A stretch of 61,875 nucleotides of DNA, counting the filler, from Globobulimina sp. (Eukaryota), in NCBI GenBank assembly GCA_003354225.1. It is 19 parts of 19 records of this genome, joined end to end, with 100 filler letters (N's around TTAATTAATTAA, not from the genome) between each part and the next. Parts side by side here need not be neighbours in the genome. Positions count along the whole stretch, not along the records: positions 48,938 to 52,097 come from PIVH01003553.1; positions 52,198 to 55,357 come from PIVH01003554.1; positions 55,458 to 58,616 come from PIVH01003555.1; positions 58,717 to 61,875 come from PIVH01003556.1; 15 more parts are not named here. The stretch is one strand, 5' to 3'. A model generated the notes under the pieces. It was given only the letters and a program-made list of their open reading frames with translations, ran no database searches and was not told the DNA's origin. Below are positions 51,640 to 61,875 of this stretch, in pieces (the first letter of the stretch is position 1; each line of letters begins with the position of its first letter). The position numbers and the translations under genes were made by a program.

Positions 51640-52097
51640 ATGTCGGATATTAGTGAACCTATCAACGACCAAATAGAAATTGCTCCTGTATCTCTCGACG
51701 ATATTGATATTAACAATGCAGACAATGACGAAGCAAACATAAAAATATTACCAACTTCTGGTGTATCTTCGTCATTGTTTCATGAAATAAAAGACATATT
51801 CCTTCAAAAAAATCTATTATCAGTTTTACCCTTAGTTTTCTTATGGGTGGTGGCCGGATATATTCCCGCCGCATTTATGCCAGCATGGTCTGCAAAATAT
51901 TTCGCATACTGCACAGCACAAGAACTTGCAGACAACATTTGTGTATATAATTACCCAGTGAGTGCCAGATGGAATGCGATATTTGGTGCGGTCGGTGGTA
52001 TAATATCGTTTCTATTCGGTGCAATGATTGGCGATATGTCAGATTCATTTGGACGCAAACCTTTTTTTTATATGAATGTTTCCCCGAGCTCTGCCCG
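51640..52097 (+). CDS. MFS transporter, partial
   Basis: Motif A GDMSDSFGRK. Confidence 0.8.
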
Positions 52098-52205
52098 NNN
52101 NNNNNNNNNNNNNNNNNNNNNNNNNNNNNNNNNNNNNNNNNTTAATTAATTAANNNNNNNNNNNNNNNNNNNNNNNNNNNNNNNNNNNNNNNNNNNNCCG
52201 CAAAT

Positions 52206-54779
52206 ATGTATAATCAAAACCATTTACGATCGCCGCAATATAGCAATATGATGAATACATCGCATAATAATGCTGCTTCGCGTTCGATAAATCCTTTAGC
52301 CCAATCACCATATAACTCATATAATCAATTTACACCACTTAATGGACATCCTACCAATACCACCTCTGCCCCCTCCAATAACCCATCATCATCACCAACA
52401 CGTGTCCGTACTGCGGATTTCTCCCCATTACCAATTCAAGCAAAGCAATATGCCGCCAATCCACCACAATTACATTTACAACCCCATCAACATCAACAAC
52501 ATCCATATCATCATCCACATCCGCATCCGCATCCGCATCCTCCTCCCCATGCGCACCATTACCAGACGCAGGATAGTTATGCAGCACGACCCCGTTCCAT
52601 TAGTGTTGATGGTGGTTTACAATATTTGCCATCCAATAAAGCCTCTCAACAACCAAATATCGCCAGTATGGCCCACATGTATCCTCCTAACAGTCATAGA
52701 TATCCCTATGGCCATGGCCAAGCACCACCGAGTCCACCCCACCCACCACAGCCACGTATGACTGACGAAGATGGATTGCCACTGGCTATGCATCCCAGTA
52801 TGGATGCTTCCCGGGTGTCGCGATCGAGACAGTTTGATAAACAGTTATTAAATGAACAAGTTGCTGCTAAAATGTCTATACAAGCCGCCGCTGCCCAAGA
52901 GAATGCAAAGGAGACATCGCCGCCACCTGCTACTGCTCACGAAGCGAAACATTATTCAAATGGTGATATTAATATTAATTTTTATGATCCCGGTACAATG
53001 GTACAAGCCCCGCGACCGATAAGATCAACGAGTGTTGGGGGCATCGGCACACATACTCACGCATCCAAAATGGGAAAATTACAAATATCTTCTTCATTGC
53101 CGGCCTATGCCTATGATAATAAAGTACCGCCTTTACCGCCACAAAGACCTTTTTTCTTTGCTAAAACGCCACATGATTGTTAAGTAAATAAGTAAATAAA
53201 TAAATAATTAAAACAAGTCTGAATATGTTTGCCAATCACTTGTTGAGTATTTGATAATTTCCTCTCTTGCTCTCTGACCAATTCATTTGTTTTGAATATT
53301 TGTTGTTGTTGTATTTGTTGAATGGATCGTCTTTTCTCAAATTTTCGCCTTAATGTATCCACCGTTTTTGCTTTTTTTAATGCTTGCGATTGTGATTGAA
53401 ATTTTGTTGGCCCATTTTTAAGAATTCCTTTTCGTTTTAATGATTGTAACGAAACTCTTGCCTCAAACTGTTTGGTTTGCAGCAATTAATGCTTGCGATT
53501 GTGCCTGCAATGTGGATGGACCTTTTTTTACAATTCCAACCTGTTGCAATGTCGCCATTGATGGTCGATTGCGTAACCCTTTGTTTACTAAATCGATTGT
53601 TTGTGCTTTTTTCAATGAGACTCCATTGGCATTCGCTTGTAAACTTGATGCCTGTCGCATGCATGCACGCATCGCATCGCATCGCATCGCATCGCATCGC
53701 ATATTATTATATTATTATAAAACCTGTTGCAATTAATACATACCATTTTCTTTTCTTTATCACTGTATTTTCTTCTTAGCCCTTGTTCAATTTTATCTTT
53801 TTTAATATTTTTTTGTAACTGACATGCGTTATGTTGTAAATTTGCAGACAATGATTCATGTTTTATGATTCCTGCTTGTTTTACCTTACTTTTTGTTGGT
53901 TTATTGAGTAACCACTTTGCTATTGCTGCTGATGAAGACATTGTATTGTTTGTATTGTATTGTATGACTTGACTTGAGTTGCGTTGAGTTGCTGTGTAAT
54001 GTAGCTGCAAATGTTTTTGTTTTGTTTTTATGTGTTATACAGTGGGTGAACGGCGTCGACATCGATCAGAATCCTTACCATTACCACCATTACCAAATAG
54101 ACCGTATAATGTCAATGACATTGATATTGATAAAGGTAAAGAAAGTGAGAAAGAAAAAGATGTTTTTAGTAATCGAAATGCATTAACTACAATACCACAA
54201 AGTGGCGGATATAGTAAAGATTCAATGTCCTCACCGAATGCAATCAATATGGATAATATTATAACACCGCGGATTGTATCCCCACAAATAACTAAAAACG
54301 ATGCGGATGCGGATTGGGATTATTTTTTAGGTGTTATGTCTCCTCTGCCTGATTCAAAAGATCTTGATAAAGCATCAAAAAAAGGCAAAATAAATATTCC
54401 TAAAACACCCCCATTTGTTGCTGCAATGGCAGAAAAGCAAAATGTTAACAAAGACGAAGAAATTGAGAGACTAAAAAAAGAAATTGAGATATTGAGTAAT
54501 GGTGAAAATGATGATGATAAGAAAGAAGGGGAAGGAAAAGGGGAAGATGTTCTATCTCCAATACAAAGACAACAGTTACTGAGATATAAACATTTCATAA
54601 CATGTCCGTGCTGCAATGGTGTTGATGCAAACTCGCCGAGAAATCAAGTATTAATACCATGTGGACACTTAATTTGTGGCAAATGTTCATCGCAAACCAA
54701 AGATAAAGATAAAGAACAACGTAAATGTCCATTATGTAGCGATATTGTTCAAAATTATCAATTATTGAATATTAAATAA
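52206..54779 (+). CDS. Pro/His-rich protein with C-terminal C3HC4 RING; exons 52206..53178 and 54043..54779
   Basis: Phase-1 donor GTTAAG at 53179 and acceptor TACAG at 54042 join in frame (HD-L-GERR); CPCC..PCGHLICGKC..CPLC. Confidence 0.7.
53180..53941 (-). CDS. RPEL-repeat (G-actin-binding-like) protein nested antisense in the RING gene intron; frameshift near 53465
   Basis: WLLNKPTKSKVKQAGII, GLRNRPSMATLQQVGIV, FEARVSLQSLKRKGIL, FEKRRSIQQIQQQQIF; own intron 53652..53743 contains (ATCGC)n. Confidence 0.7.
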
Positions 54780-55765
54780 AAAACATAGCCTTTAATTTTC
54801 TATTTTTCTTAGAGTTAATTCGTAATTTCTAAATATTTTTTTTTTAATATAGCAGATATAGCGTTAGTATATGTTTTGTAGCTCGTTTATTTTTTTGTTA
54901 TTATTATTTTTTATAATTGGAATATTTTGTTGTGTCAACCTTATTTTTGTTTTGTTTTTTTACTTATAATAATTATAATAGATATTACTTAATAATTAGC
55001 GGTTTATGTTTTAAATTAAAATTTGTGCCAATACATTTGTTTTGAATTCCTTGATTTGCCAAATTGTTTATGTTTTTTTGTTTGTAATATCATATATTGT
55101 ATTTTTTTATGTATGATTCATTCTAAATTTTTTTTTTCAATTATTTTTTGATTCTATTGATTTTTATGTATATTTTGCTCTCGAATTTTTTTGCATGTGT
55201 TAATACAGTGTTACTACGTACTACAATTAAATCCACAATGTTTGAATGAGTGAGTGAATATAGTACTAGTAGTTAACCACTCCTTTGTATACCTAACCTC
55301 GCCTGGCTGTTCCAGCAATCGGTGAGTATGGAGCCAGACTTACTCCCTGGCTGAATGNNNNNNNNNNNNNNNNNNNNNNNNNNNNNNNNNNNNNNNNNNN
55401 NTTAATTAATTAANNNNNNNNNNNNNNNNNNNNNNNNNNNNNNNNNNNNNNNNNNNNTCGGTTAACTGTTTTGTCTTTGAATCTGATATGTTATCATTTC
55501 TACCAAGCACTATTTTCAATGCAGCTTTTTGTGCAGTTTTACGATGAATTACGAATCTAATTTTAGTGAATGTGTCCAATCCGAATGTGTCCTTTAGTTC
55601 CCAATCATTTATCATCCGTATTGGATCACTATTATATAATATATTCATTTTACGTTTAACGTTTAACTATGCTATGGAATTATTCATGACATATAAACCT
55701 CATTATTGCTATATATCTGTATTCTGTACTTATGATTCAAAAATGGATGAAAGTGAAACAAACAA

Positions 55766-57544
55766 TCATTCACTATCCAACTTCAACAAGTTTGGTGCAA
55801 AAAATTCTTTGACACATAAATTAATGTATTTTTTGACCAAATTGTTTCCATCTTTCTGCGTCACATCCATCTCATTGCATTTTTGTCTCTTTAATTCCTG
55901 ATAAACATCTCCTACCATCATACCCATAATTTGTCTGACATTCTTCAACGATAAAACACCAACTTTACTTAAAACAGCTTCATAACGATTTTGGTTCACA
56001 CATCGTTCAATAAAATCAAATATTGATGAATCCAATTTATATTTCTCCATTCCATTATGTTTAACATCTTCTTTCCGAATATTTTCGGATTTATTATTTA
56101 ATCCTTTTTTTGCTTTTACCTTTGTGCCAGGTAACTGATGTCCGCTTACTTCAAAAAAAGCACTTGATTTTATTTTAACACTTGTATGTCTCCCAAATAA
56201 CTTTCTTAATACAACTCCCTCCGCGATGTTAGCAATTAAACTATCATCTTTTGGATTGGTTGCTGGTGGCAAACCTTTTTGTTTTTTCATGCACCATTTC
56301 ATGGGAAAATGTTTAATTTCTCACTATCAAAACGTTTTTGTTTTACAAAAATGTCAGAAAACGTTCTGACGCTGAAAAACTAGATATAGAATAAATACGA
56401 TATATTGAATAGATTTTGCACCTAATTTTGAAGGAATCGTAGTTTGGAACTTTTCAACCTTAAATGCCACGCATTCATCAAATGTACCAATCATAATTGG
56501 CTCACAATATAAAAATCCAGATTGTTTTAGTAAATCTAAAGTGACGCTAAACTCTAATTTTTCTGATGCTTTTTTCTTTTTATTGTTATTTTTCTTTTGA
56601 TTGTGTGTATAATTTGTGCGAATATCAAATGCATAAAAATGTAATGCAGGCGAATAACAAATGCCTTTTTGAACATGCGACACGCCATGCTTTGGAAGAA
56701 ACTTTTCGTTGCTATGATAATATAATCCGCCAAATAATTCTCCATAAATAACTATAATATTTATTTTGTCATCAATTTTTTTTAATAAATTATAAGCATT
56801 TTCAACATGATTTTTTTCTCGTTCAACAACATCTTGCCAACCAGGGAAAAATTGTTCGTGTGGATGCAAAATGGAAGTCCGTCTGTCACAGAATGATTGT
56901 TGCTGAATTGAATAAATTATATAAATTATTTAACTTTGCTGCTCCAAATTCTTTTCCATTGTAAATTATGGCAAAATTGGCTCCGTGCACCTTTCAAAAA
57001 GAAATACAATATCAAGAAAAATATGTTTCTACAAAATGAAAGATTTTATTACCTTTTCTGTAACTGCCCACTTGGTCGCATCACTTGTCAGTCCATAATC
57101 GCAAAGACGCTGTCTCAATGATGTTGAAATGCTTTCAATTGAACTGTATTTACACCAAATATCTTTAATCCATTCAGTTTGCTTATTTTGTAACGGTAAT
57201 AATTTTGGATTGAAAAACTGTTGCACACACGAATTAGTATATTTTTTTAGAATTTGTTTTTGATTTTTGCCGAGTGCATTGAGTTCATTTTGTTTTGATT
57301 TGACTAATTCTTGATATACATTTCCTGTCATCATTCCAATAGCTTTGGTAACATTTTTTATGTTTAATTGAGTTTGCATCAGTGTCGACATAATAGCATC
57401 GTATCTACGGTCTGTGATGCATTCCTCAATAAAATCAAATAATGCCGGATTTATATCAAGGTTTGTTTTATCGTTTGCTTTGCTCTCTTCATCTGGATTG
57501 AATTCCAAGATGATTGAATCAATAATATTGATTGCTTGTTTCAT
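55766..57544 (-). CDS. Rnl2-family ATP-dependent RNA ligase, 4 exons
   Basis: Motif I TEK|VHGANF, AKRT, IYGELFGG (III), FYAFDI (IIIa), AEGVVLR (IV), VKIKS..FFE (V), C-domain; introns 56991..57052, 56883..56934 and 56275..56421 all restore frame. Confidence 0.9.
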
Positions 57545-57729
57545 GACATTATGGTTGCGAATGATTGTCAGAAAGATTCAGTGAAAAACTGAAAAAAGAA
57601 AGATTCAGTGAAAAGAAAGATACGAAAACTTTCACAGAGACACTGATATAATGTAACAAATATAACAAAATATATGAAAAAAATATATAATATGATACTG
57701 TATAATAAATATTCAAATTATTACTGCAT

Positions 57730-58441
57730 TCATACTTCAGGTTGAAAATTATCAACTTTATGAAGGAAATAACAATGATAATCATCCAATATTTTCATTA
57801 ATTTGAAGGAATTTGGATTTTTTTGGGAAAATGTAGTGGTTCGTTGAACACTATCATTTTCATCTTTGTTTTCATCATTATTTGTGTCCTTTTGCTGTCT
57901 CTGCACAACAAAGCATTGATCTCCACCACAGTTCTTACATTTTGTTTGAAATAAAGCAGTTAATTCATTAATATCATGTGCTTCTCTATTATGTCCAAAA
58001 TCATTTATCATTTGTAGTGTGCTGTAATTCTCCAATTCAGTGGTTATTACATGAACAATATGATCGATATCCAACTCCTTTAAAATACACAAATATTAAT
58101 AGCGGTTATATTTATATATATATTCATACGAAACATAGTTAACATACAATGTGTTTTCGGTCATTCCAAAACTTATAAATATTCATTACAAAAATAGCAC
58201 GTTGTACGCAGTTACATTTATCACATGAATCGCTACATTCTGTTGATGCCGATTCGCCTTTCATTCTGCTCGATGTTCTATCTCCAATCAGTTCTTTCCA
58301 ATTATCATTCCAAATATATTGCATACTTCCTGATCGGCGAGGTCGCTCCGGCTGTTTCTGTTCATTCTGTTCACGTATAACTTCATCTGACGATGTGTCA
58401 GTACCTTCAGGTTCTGCATCGATACACAAACATTTACCCAT
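57730..58441 (-). CDS. Hypothetical Cys/His-containing protein with MGKC acylation-like N-terminus, 2 exons
   Basis: C....CNCVQR; H....H..C..C...C; ILDDYHCYFLH. Confidence 0.55.
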
Positions 58442-58717
58442 TGTATGAGAGAGAGACTAGATCAAAACGTAAACACTAGGATTAAATCCAGTATTTTTTT
58501 TTATTTACTATGTGTGTGTGGGGCAAAATTCAATCAGGCCTGAGGTCTGATTCCAGACTCACAGATTGCTCGAACATCCCTGTGAGAGTTTGTATGAATC
58601 CAAAGGTGGATCCAGGNNNNNNNNNNNNNNNNNNNNNNNNNNNNNNNNNNNNNNNNNNNNTTAATTAATTAANNNNNNNNNNNNNNNNNNNNNNNNNNNN
58701 NNNNNNNNNNNNNNNNA

Positions 58718-59170
58718 AATCAAGATAAATATGCTTCAAATTCCATATCAATTGCCGTAGCGAGATGGCGACCCTTTTGCTTTATTTTCTGCGCCATTTT
58801 AACTATATTCATAATTATATATTATGTGTCATTGTCACCATTTGTTGCAAGTAAAAATGCTTTGGTTGATTACAATAATGGAATTGGAGGATTTTATATT
58901 GATCCAAATCATTATGAACATGGTTCATTTGCTGGAACCCGAATGATCTCTGATTTCAATGGAATAGTATTAATTGGGAGTGATGATGGTGTTACATTTT
59001 GGACACTCAATGGTAAATATATTGATAAACAAAGAGGGAAATTCTTTGTAGATTTTGGTGCTAAAAATGGACCAAATAATTTCATTGGAATGTATCAAAA
59101 TGGATGCATCCTATGGGAAGATGGCAATAAATGGACAAAATCAACAGTTAGTGACTTACAAACAATATAA
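58718..59170 (+). CDS. Membrane-anchored small beta-domain protein, 5'-partial
   Basis: Frame open to the contig start through a TM segment; YIDPNH..GSDDG..W..VDF..K.GP..WEDGNKWTK. Confidence 0.6.
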   Translation, partial: NQDKYASNSISIAVARWRPFCFIFCAILTIFIIIYYVSLSPFVASKNALVDYNNGIGGFYIDPNHYEHGSFAGTRMISDFNGIVLIGSDDGVTFWTLNGKYIDKQRGKFFVDFGAKNGPNNFIGMYQNGCILWEDGNKWTKSTVSDLQTI

Positions 59171-59326
59171 TTGCTGTTAAAATTATATTTAATATTTTTT
59201 TTTTATATGCATGCTTCCACTCGGACAGGAAAATTGAAATTAAAGTGATTTTGCTGAGTACTGGCTATTGTGCATCTTATATTATCATCTATCAGTATCA
59301 GCATATCATATCATATTAAGTCGCCA

Positions 59327-60223
59327 ATGGATCATATGCCAAATTTGCCAATTGATGTTAACCAATGGAGCTCTCGAGATGTACGAATATGGCTAAAAGC
59401 AAAAGGATGTGATTACTCGGTGCAAAATAAATTTTTCTCGGAAAGAGTTGATGGCGAAGCATTATTACTACTAAATACAAATGACATTCATAAATTATTA
59501 TATTCCTATCCTCTCGGCTATAAAGTAAAGATTTCATCATATGTCGATCAATTAAGACAGCGTCGATATGTTCCTAACAATAATTCTAATCAACAAACAC
59601 CACATCACGCAAAACCAAAATCAATCATTATAACAAGTCCATCAATTCTACCATGTACAGATAATATGTCTTTCACTGATAATAATTCCGACGCGCAAAA
59701 CACAGAAAAACGGAATAAAAGAGCAAACAATGCGAGTACTATAGCCATGCTCGAGAATGATGATGATAATGAATCACATGATGGAAATGCGAATATTAAT
59801 AAAGGAAAAAAGAATAATTATAAAAGATACACAAATGACGTTAAACACTCTACACGCAATCAGGGAAAACGATGGATTGAATACGATTTGGATCTGATGT
59901 GGAGTCTGCACCAAAAGGGATGCTCCAATATGAAAATAGCAGAGCATTTTAAGCGAACAGAGTGTGGTGTAATGGTACAAATTGATAAAAAACATAAAGA
60001 TTTGAGACCAAATGAAAAGATGAAGGAAATTGTTGAGCTTCGACGTAAAAACACCCGACGTTTTTATAAAAATAGAAAAGAAACTCAAAGTTCATCAGAA
60101 TCACAATCCGAATCAGACTCAGACTCAGATGACGATGAGCCAGTGATTAATAATATACGTCGGAATAAACAAAATAAAGAAATGACAACAAATAATTTAT
60201 CAGACAACAATGCAAATCAATGA
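59327..60223 (+). CDS. SAM domain + Myb/HTH-like protein
   Basis: WSSRDVRIWL..F..ERVDGEALLLL..LG; GKRW...D..MW.LH.KG.SN.KIAEHFKRTECGV. Confidence 0.75.
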   Translation: MDHMPNLPIDVNQWSSRDVRIWLKAKGCDYSVQNKFFSERVDGEALLLLNTNDIHKLLYSYPLGYKVKISSYVDQLRQRRYVPNNNSNQQTPHHAKPKSIIITSPSILPCTDNMSFTDNNSDAQNTEKRNKRANNASTIAMLENDDDNESHDGNANINKGKKNNYKRYTNDVKHSTRNQGKRWIEYDLDLMWSLHQKGCSNMKIAEHFKRTECGVMVQIDKKHKDLRPNEKMKEIVELRRKNTRRFYKNRKETQSSSESQSESDSDSDDDEPVINNIRRNKQNKEMTTNNLSDNNANQ

Positions 60224-60402
60224 TTTTTGTGGCAGATATTTATTTAAATTCGATCATTTTAAAGTAACGTTATCATAATTTTTTAATTTAACCTCTCATT
60301 TAATTCAACGCGCTTTTTTCATTCGCACTCGCACTCAAACACTCAAACGTTTAATAAATAATGGCCGCGAGCAAAGAATTGAATTAAATTCGAATACACA
60401 TT

Positions 60403-61875
60403 ATGTTGCGTCAATTATACTCGGGAGTACCAATAAGCACATGGACGTGTGTTCAGGTTAAAGACTGGTTAAATATGAAAGGGTTAAACCTTAAAATTCA
60501 AAATAAATTTGACAATGAAGGCATAGATGGCGAAGCGTTATCATATTTACGAGAGGGTGACGTCCATGCATTAACCGCAAATATTGATATTACATACGGC
60601 GAGAGGCTAAAACTATGGAAATACATTGAATTCATACAGCAATCAAATAATCCATTTTTATCCCCCACACGCAACCAATTCCTAACATTGCCCTCAGTGC
60701 CATCATCACCACACCACAATGCAAATGCTAATACAATTCCATTCACATCGACATCTCCTACGAATACGAACGATAATTACAACGAATCGGCCTCATTAAC
60801 CACAAACGAACAAAGTCTTTATCCGTCTGTTTCTGCTCAAGATATTCATCCGTTTATCGGCGATTTGTGTGTTACAAATAACAATATCGGACCATGCATT
60901 CTTCCATCTCATCCGAATCCGAATGCAAATAACAATGAATGTATCAATGATGACATAAACTTAGCAATAATTAAAAATGAAAGCATATTTGAGACGGATA
61001 ACAAAAATAATATTATAATCAAGGAAGAGTCGCCAGGCTCAGTCTCGGTTAATAAGGTCAATAAAAAACGGCGGCGCGTTATTTGTGATGAAAGTTCTGA
61101 CGAAGACATCGAAGCTCATCCACACAATGAAGATCATAGACCATTGAAAAAAAGAAAATATAATAATAAGAATGGTATTATGTCATTACAAGAGGAACAA
61201 AGTGGATTATATGCCATTCGATCTATTTCCAAGCCATCCATACAAGGCATCACCGCAACAAATATCGATGCAGAGACAGAAACGGATACAGATACACACA
61301 AATATGTGCATAAACGGCGCAAATATGTTCATAAACGACGCAAAAAACCTGAGATTTCAACACAAATTCCAAAGAGTAACGGCAATATAAATACAAATAC
61401 AAATAATAGAGAAACGAAACCAAAAACGGTACATAAAAGTAATACAAATAAACACAACAAAAATGAAAAATGGTGGGAAACAAATGAGACCCCATCCAGT
61501 GACGATGATGGCGATGGTAATAACCGTCATACTCACTATCGGTATTCAAATAATAATACACATGAGACATCCATGAAAGGCAAGCCATGGCGAGCCAGTG
61601 CTTTAAGTATAATATGGAACTTGCATTATGACAAAGGATGGAGCAATTTACAAATTGCGGAGAAATTCCGACGCACCGAATGTGGAATTATGGTGCAATT
61701 GGATAAGATATATAAGGACAAGCGTGCAAATAAAGAATTGGTTAATAAAAAGTTTCGGTATCAGAAAAGATTGAAACAATTGAAAAATGAAAGAAGATGG
61801 AGTAAAAAAGATCGGAAGTGGAAAACTGTGAAAAACTCAGCTGACAATGGCGACTATGCCAATGTCCACACAGAC
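60403..61875 (+). CDS. Tandem paralog: SAM + Myb/HTH-like protein, open to window end (absent from the ORF track)
   Basis: My translation from ATG 60403 has no stop: WTCVQVKDWL..EGIDGEAL..; GKPW..IWNLH..GWSNLQIAEKFRRTECGIMVQL. Confidence 0.8.
   Translation, partial: MLRQLYSGVPISTWTCVQVKDWLNMKGLNLKIQNKFDNEGIDGEALSYLREGDVHALTANIDITYGERLKLWKYIEFIQQSNNPFLSPTRNQFLTLPSVPSSPHHNANANTIPFTSTSPTNTNDNYNESASLTTNEQSLYPSVSAQDIHPFIGDLCVTNNNIGPCILPSHPNPNANNNECINDDINLAIIKNESIFETDNKNNIIIKEESPGSVSVNKVNKKRRRVICDESSDEDIEAHPHNEDHRPLKKRKYNNKNGIMSLQEEQSGLYAIRSISKPSIQGITATNIDAETETDTDTHKYVHKRRKYVHKRRKKPEISTQIPKSNGNINTNTNNRETKPKTVHKSNTNKHNKNEKWWETNETPSSDDDGDGNNRHTHYRYSNNNTHETSMKGKPWRASALSIIWNLHYDKGWSNLQIAEKFRRTECGIMVQLDKIYKDKRANKELVNKKFRYQKRLKQLKNERRWSKKDRKWKTVKNSADNGDYANVHTD

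Noticed and set aside
48938-57544. Functional linkage of the permuted-order tRNA with the Rnl2 ligase
   Set aside because: They sit on different contigs and are adjacent only through length sorting.
3165-58716. TTAATTAATTAA as a biological repeat or telomere; equal contig sizes as nanochromosomes
   Set aside because: It is an assembly linker inside N runs. Contigs cut through genes and show no telomeric repeats.

Overview
This is not one locus. It is 19 unlinked contigs of about 3.16 kb each, joined by 100-nt artificial spacers (N44-TTAATTAATTAA-N44), so no neighbourhood inference holds across spacers. The DNA is AT-rich, very gene-dense and eukaryotic, with mostly 50-150 nt GT-AG introns, a standard genetic code and 30-100 nt gaps between divergent genes. 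A protist, possibly a foraminiferan/rhizarian, is my inference from the gene families. Recognisable genes: CFAP43, ERCC8/CSA-like, CMTR1, PPR, AlkB-like, Rab-like, GT92, Dispatched-like, ART-fold protein, TKL pseudokinase, paladin-like, PIH1, RidA, Spg1/Tem1, XK, PAP2, MFS, RING, RPEL, an Rnl2-family RNA ligase and two SAM-HTH paralogs. Mobile DNA: a KDZ-type transposase with tandem repeats and a decayed hAT element inserted in a host gene. Most interesting observations: (1) tRNA-Lys halves in permuted order (3' half before 5' half, closed by a hairpin); (2) an intron-containing Rnl2 ligase with its C-domain duplicated at the N-terminus; (3) an antisense RPEL gene filling an intron of a RING gene; (4) a ~30-aa helical module in four unrelated proteins; (5) an M6P-receptor-like MRH/EGF/DOMON protein ending in DxxLL. 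All family calls are by motif recognition; no searches were run.
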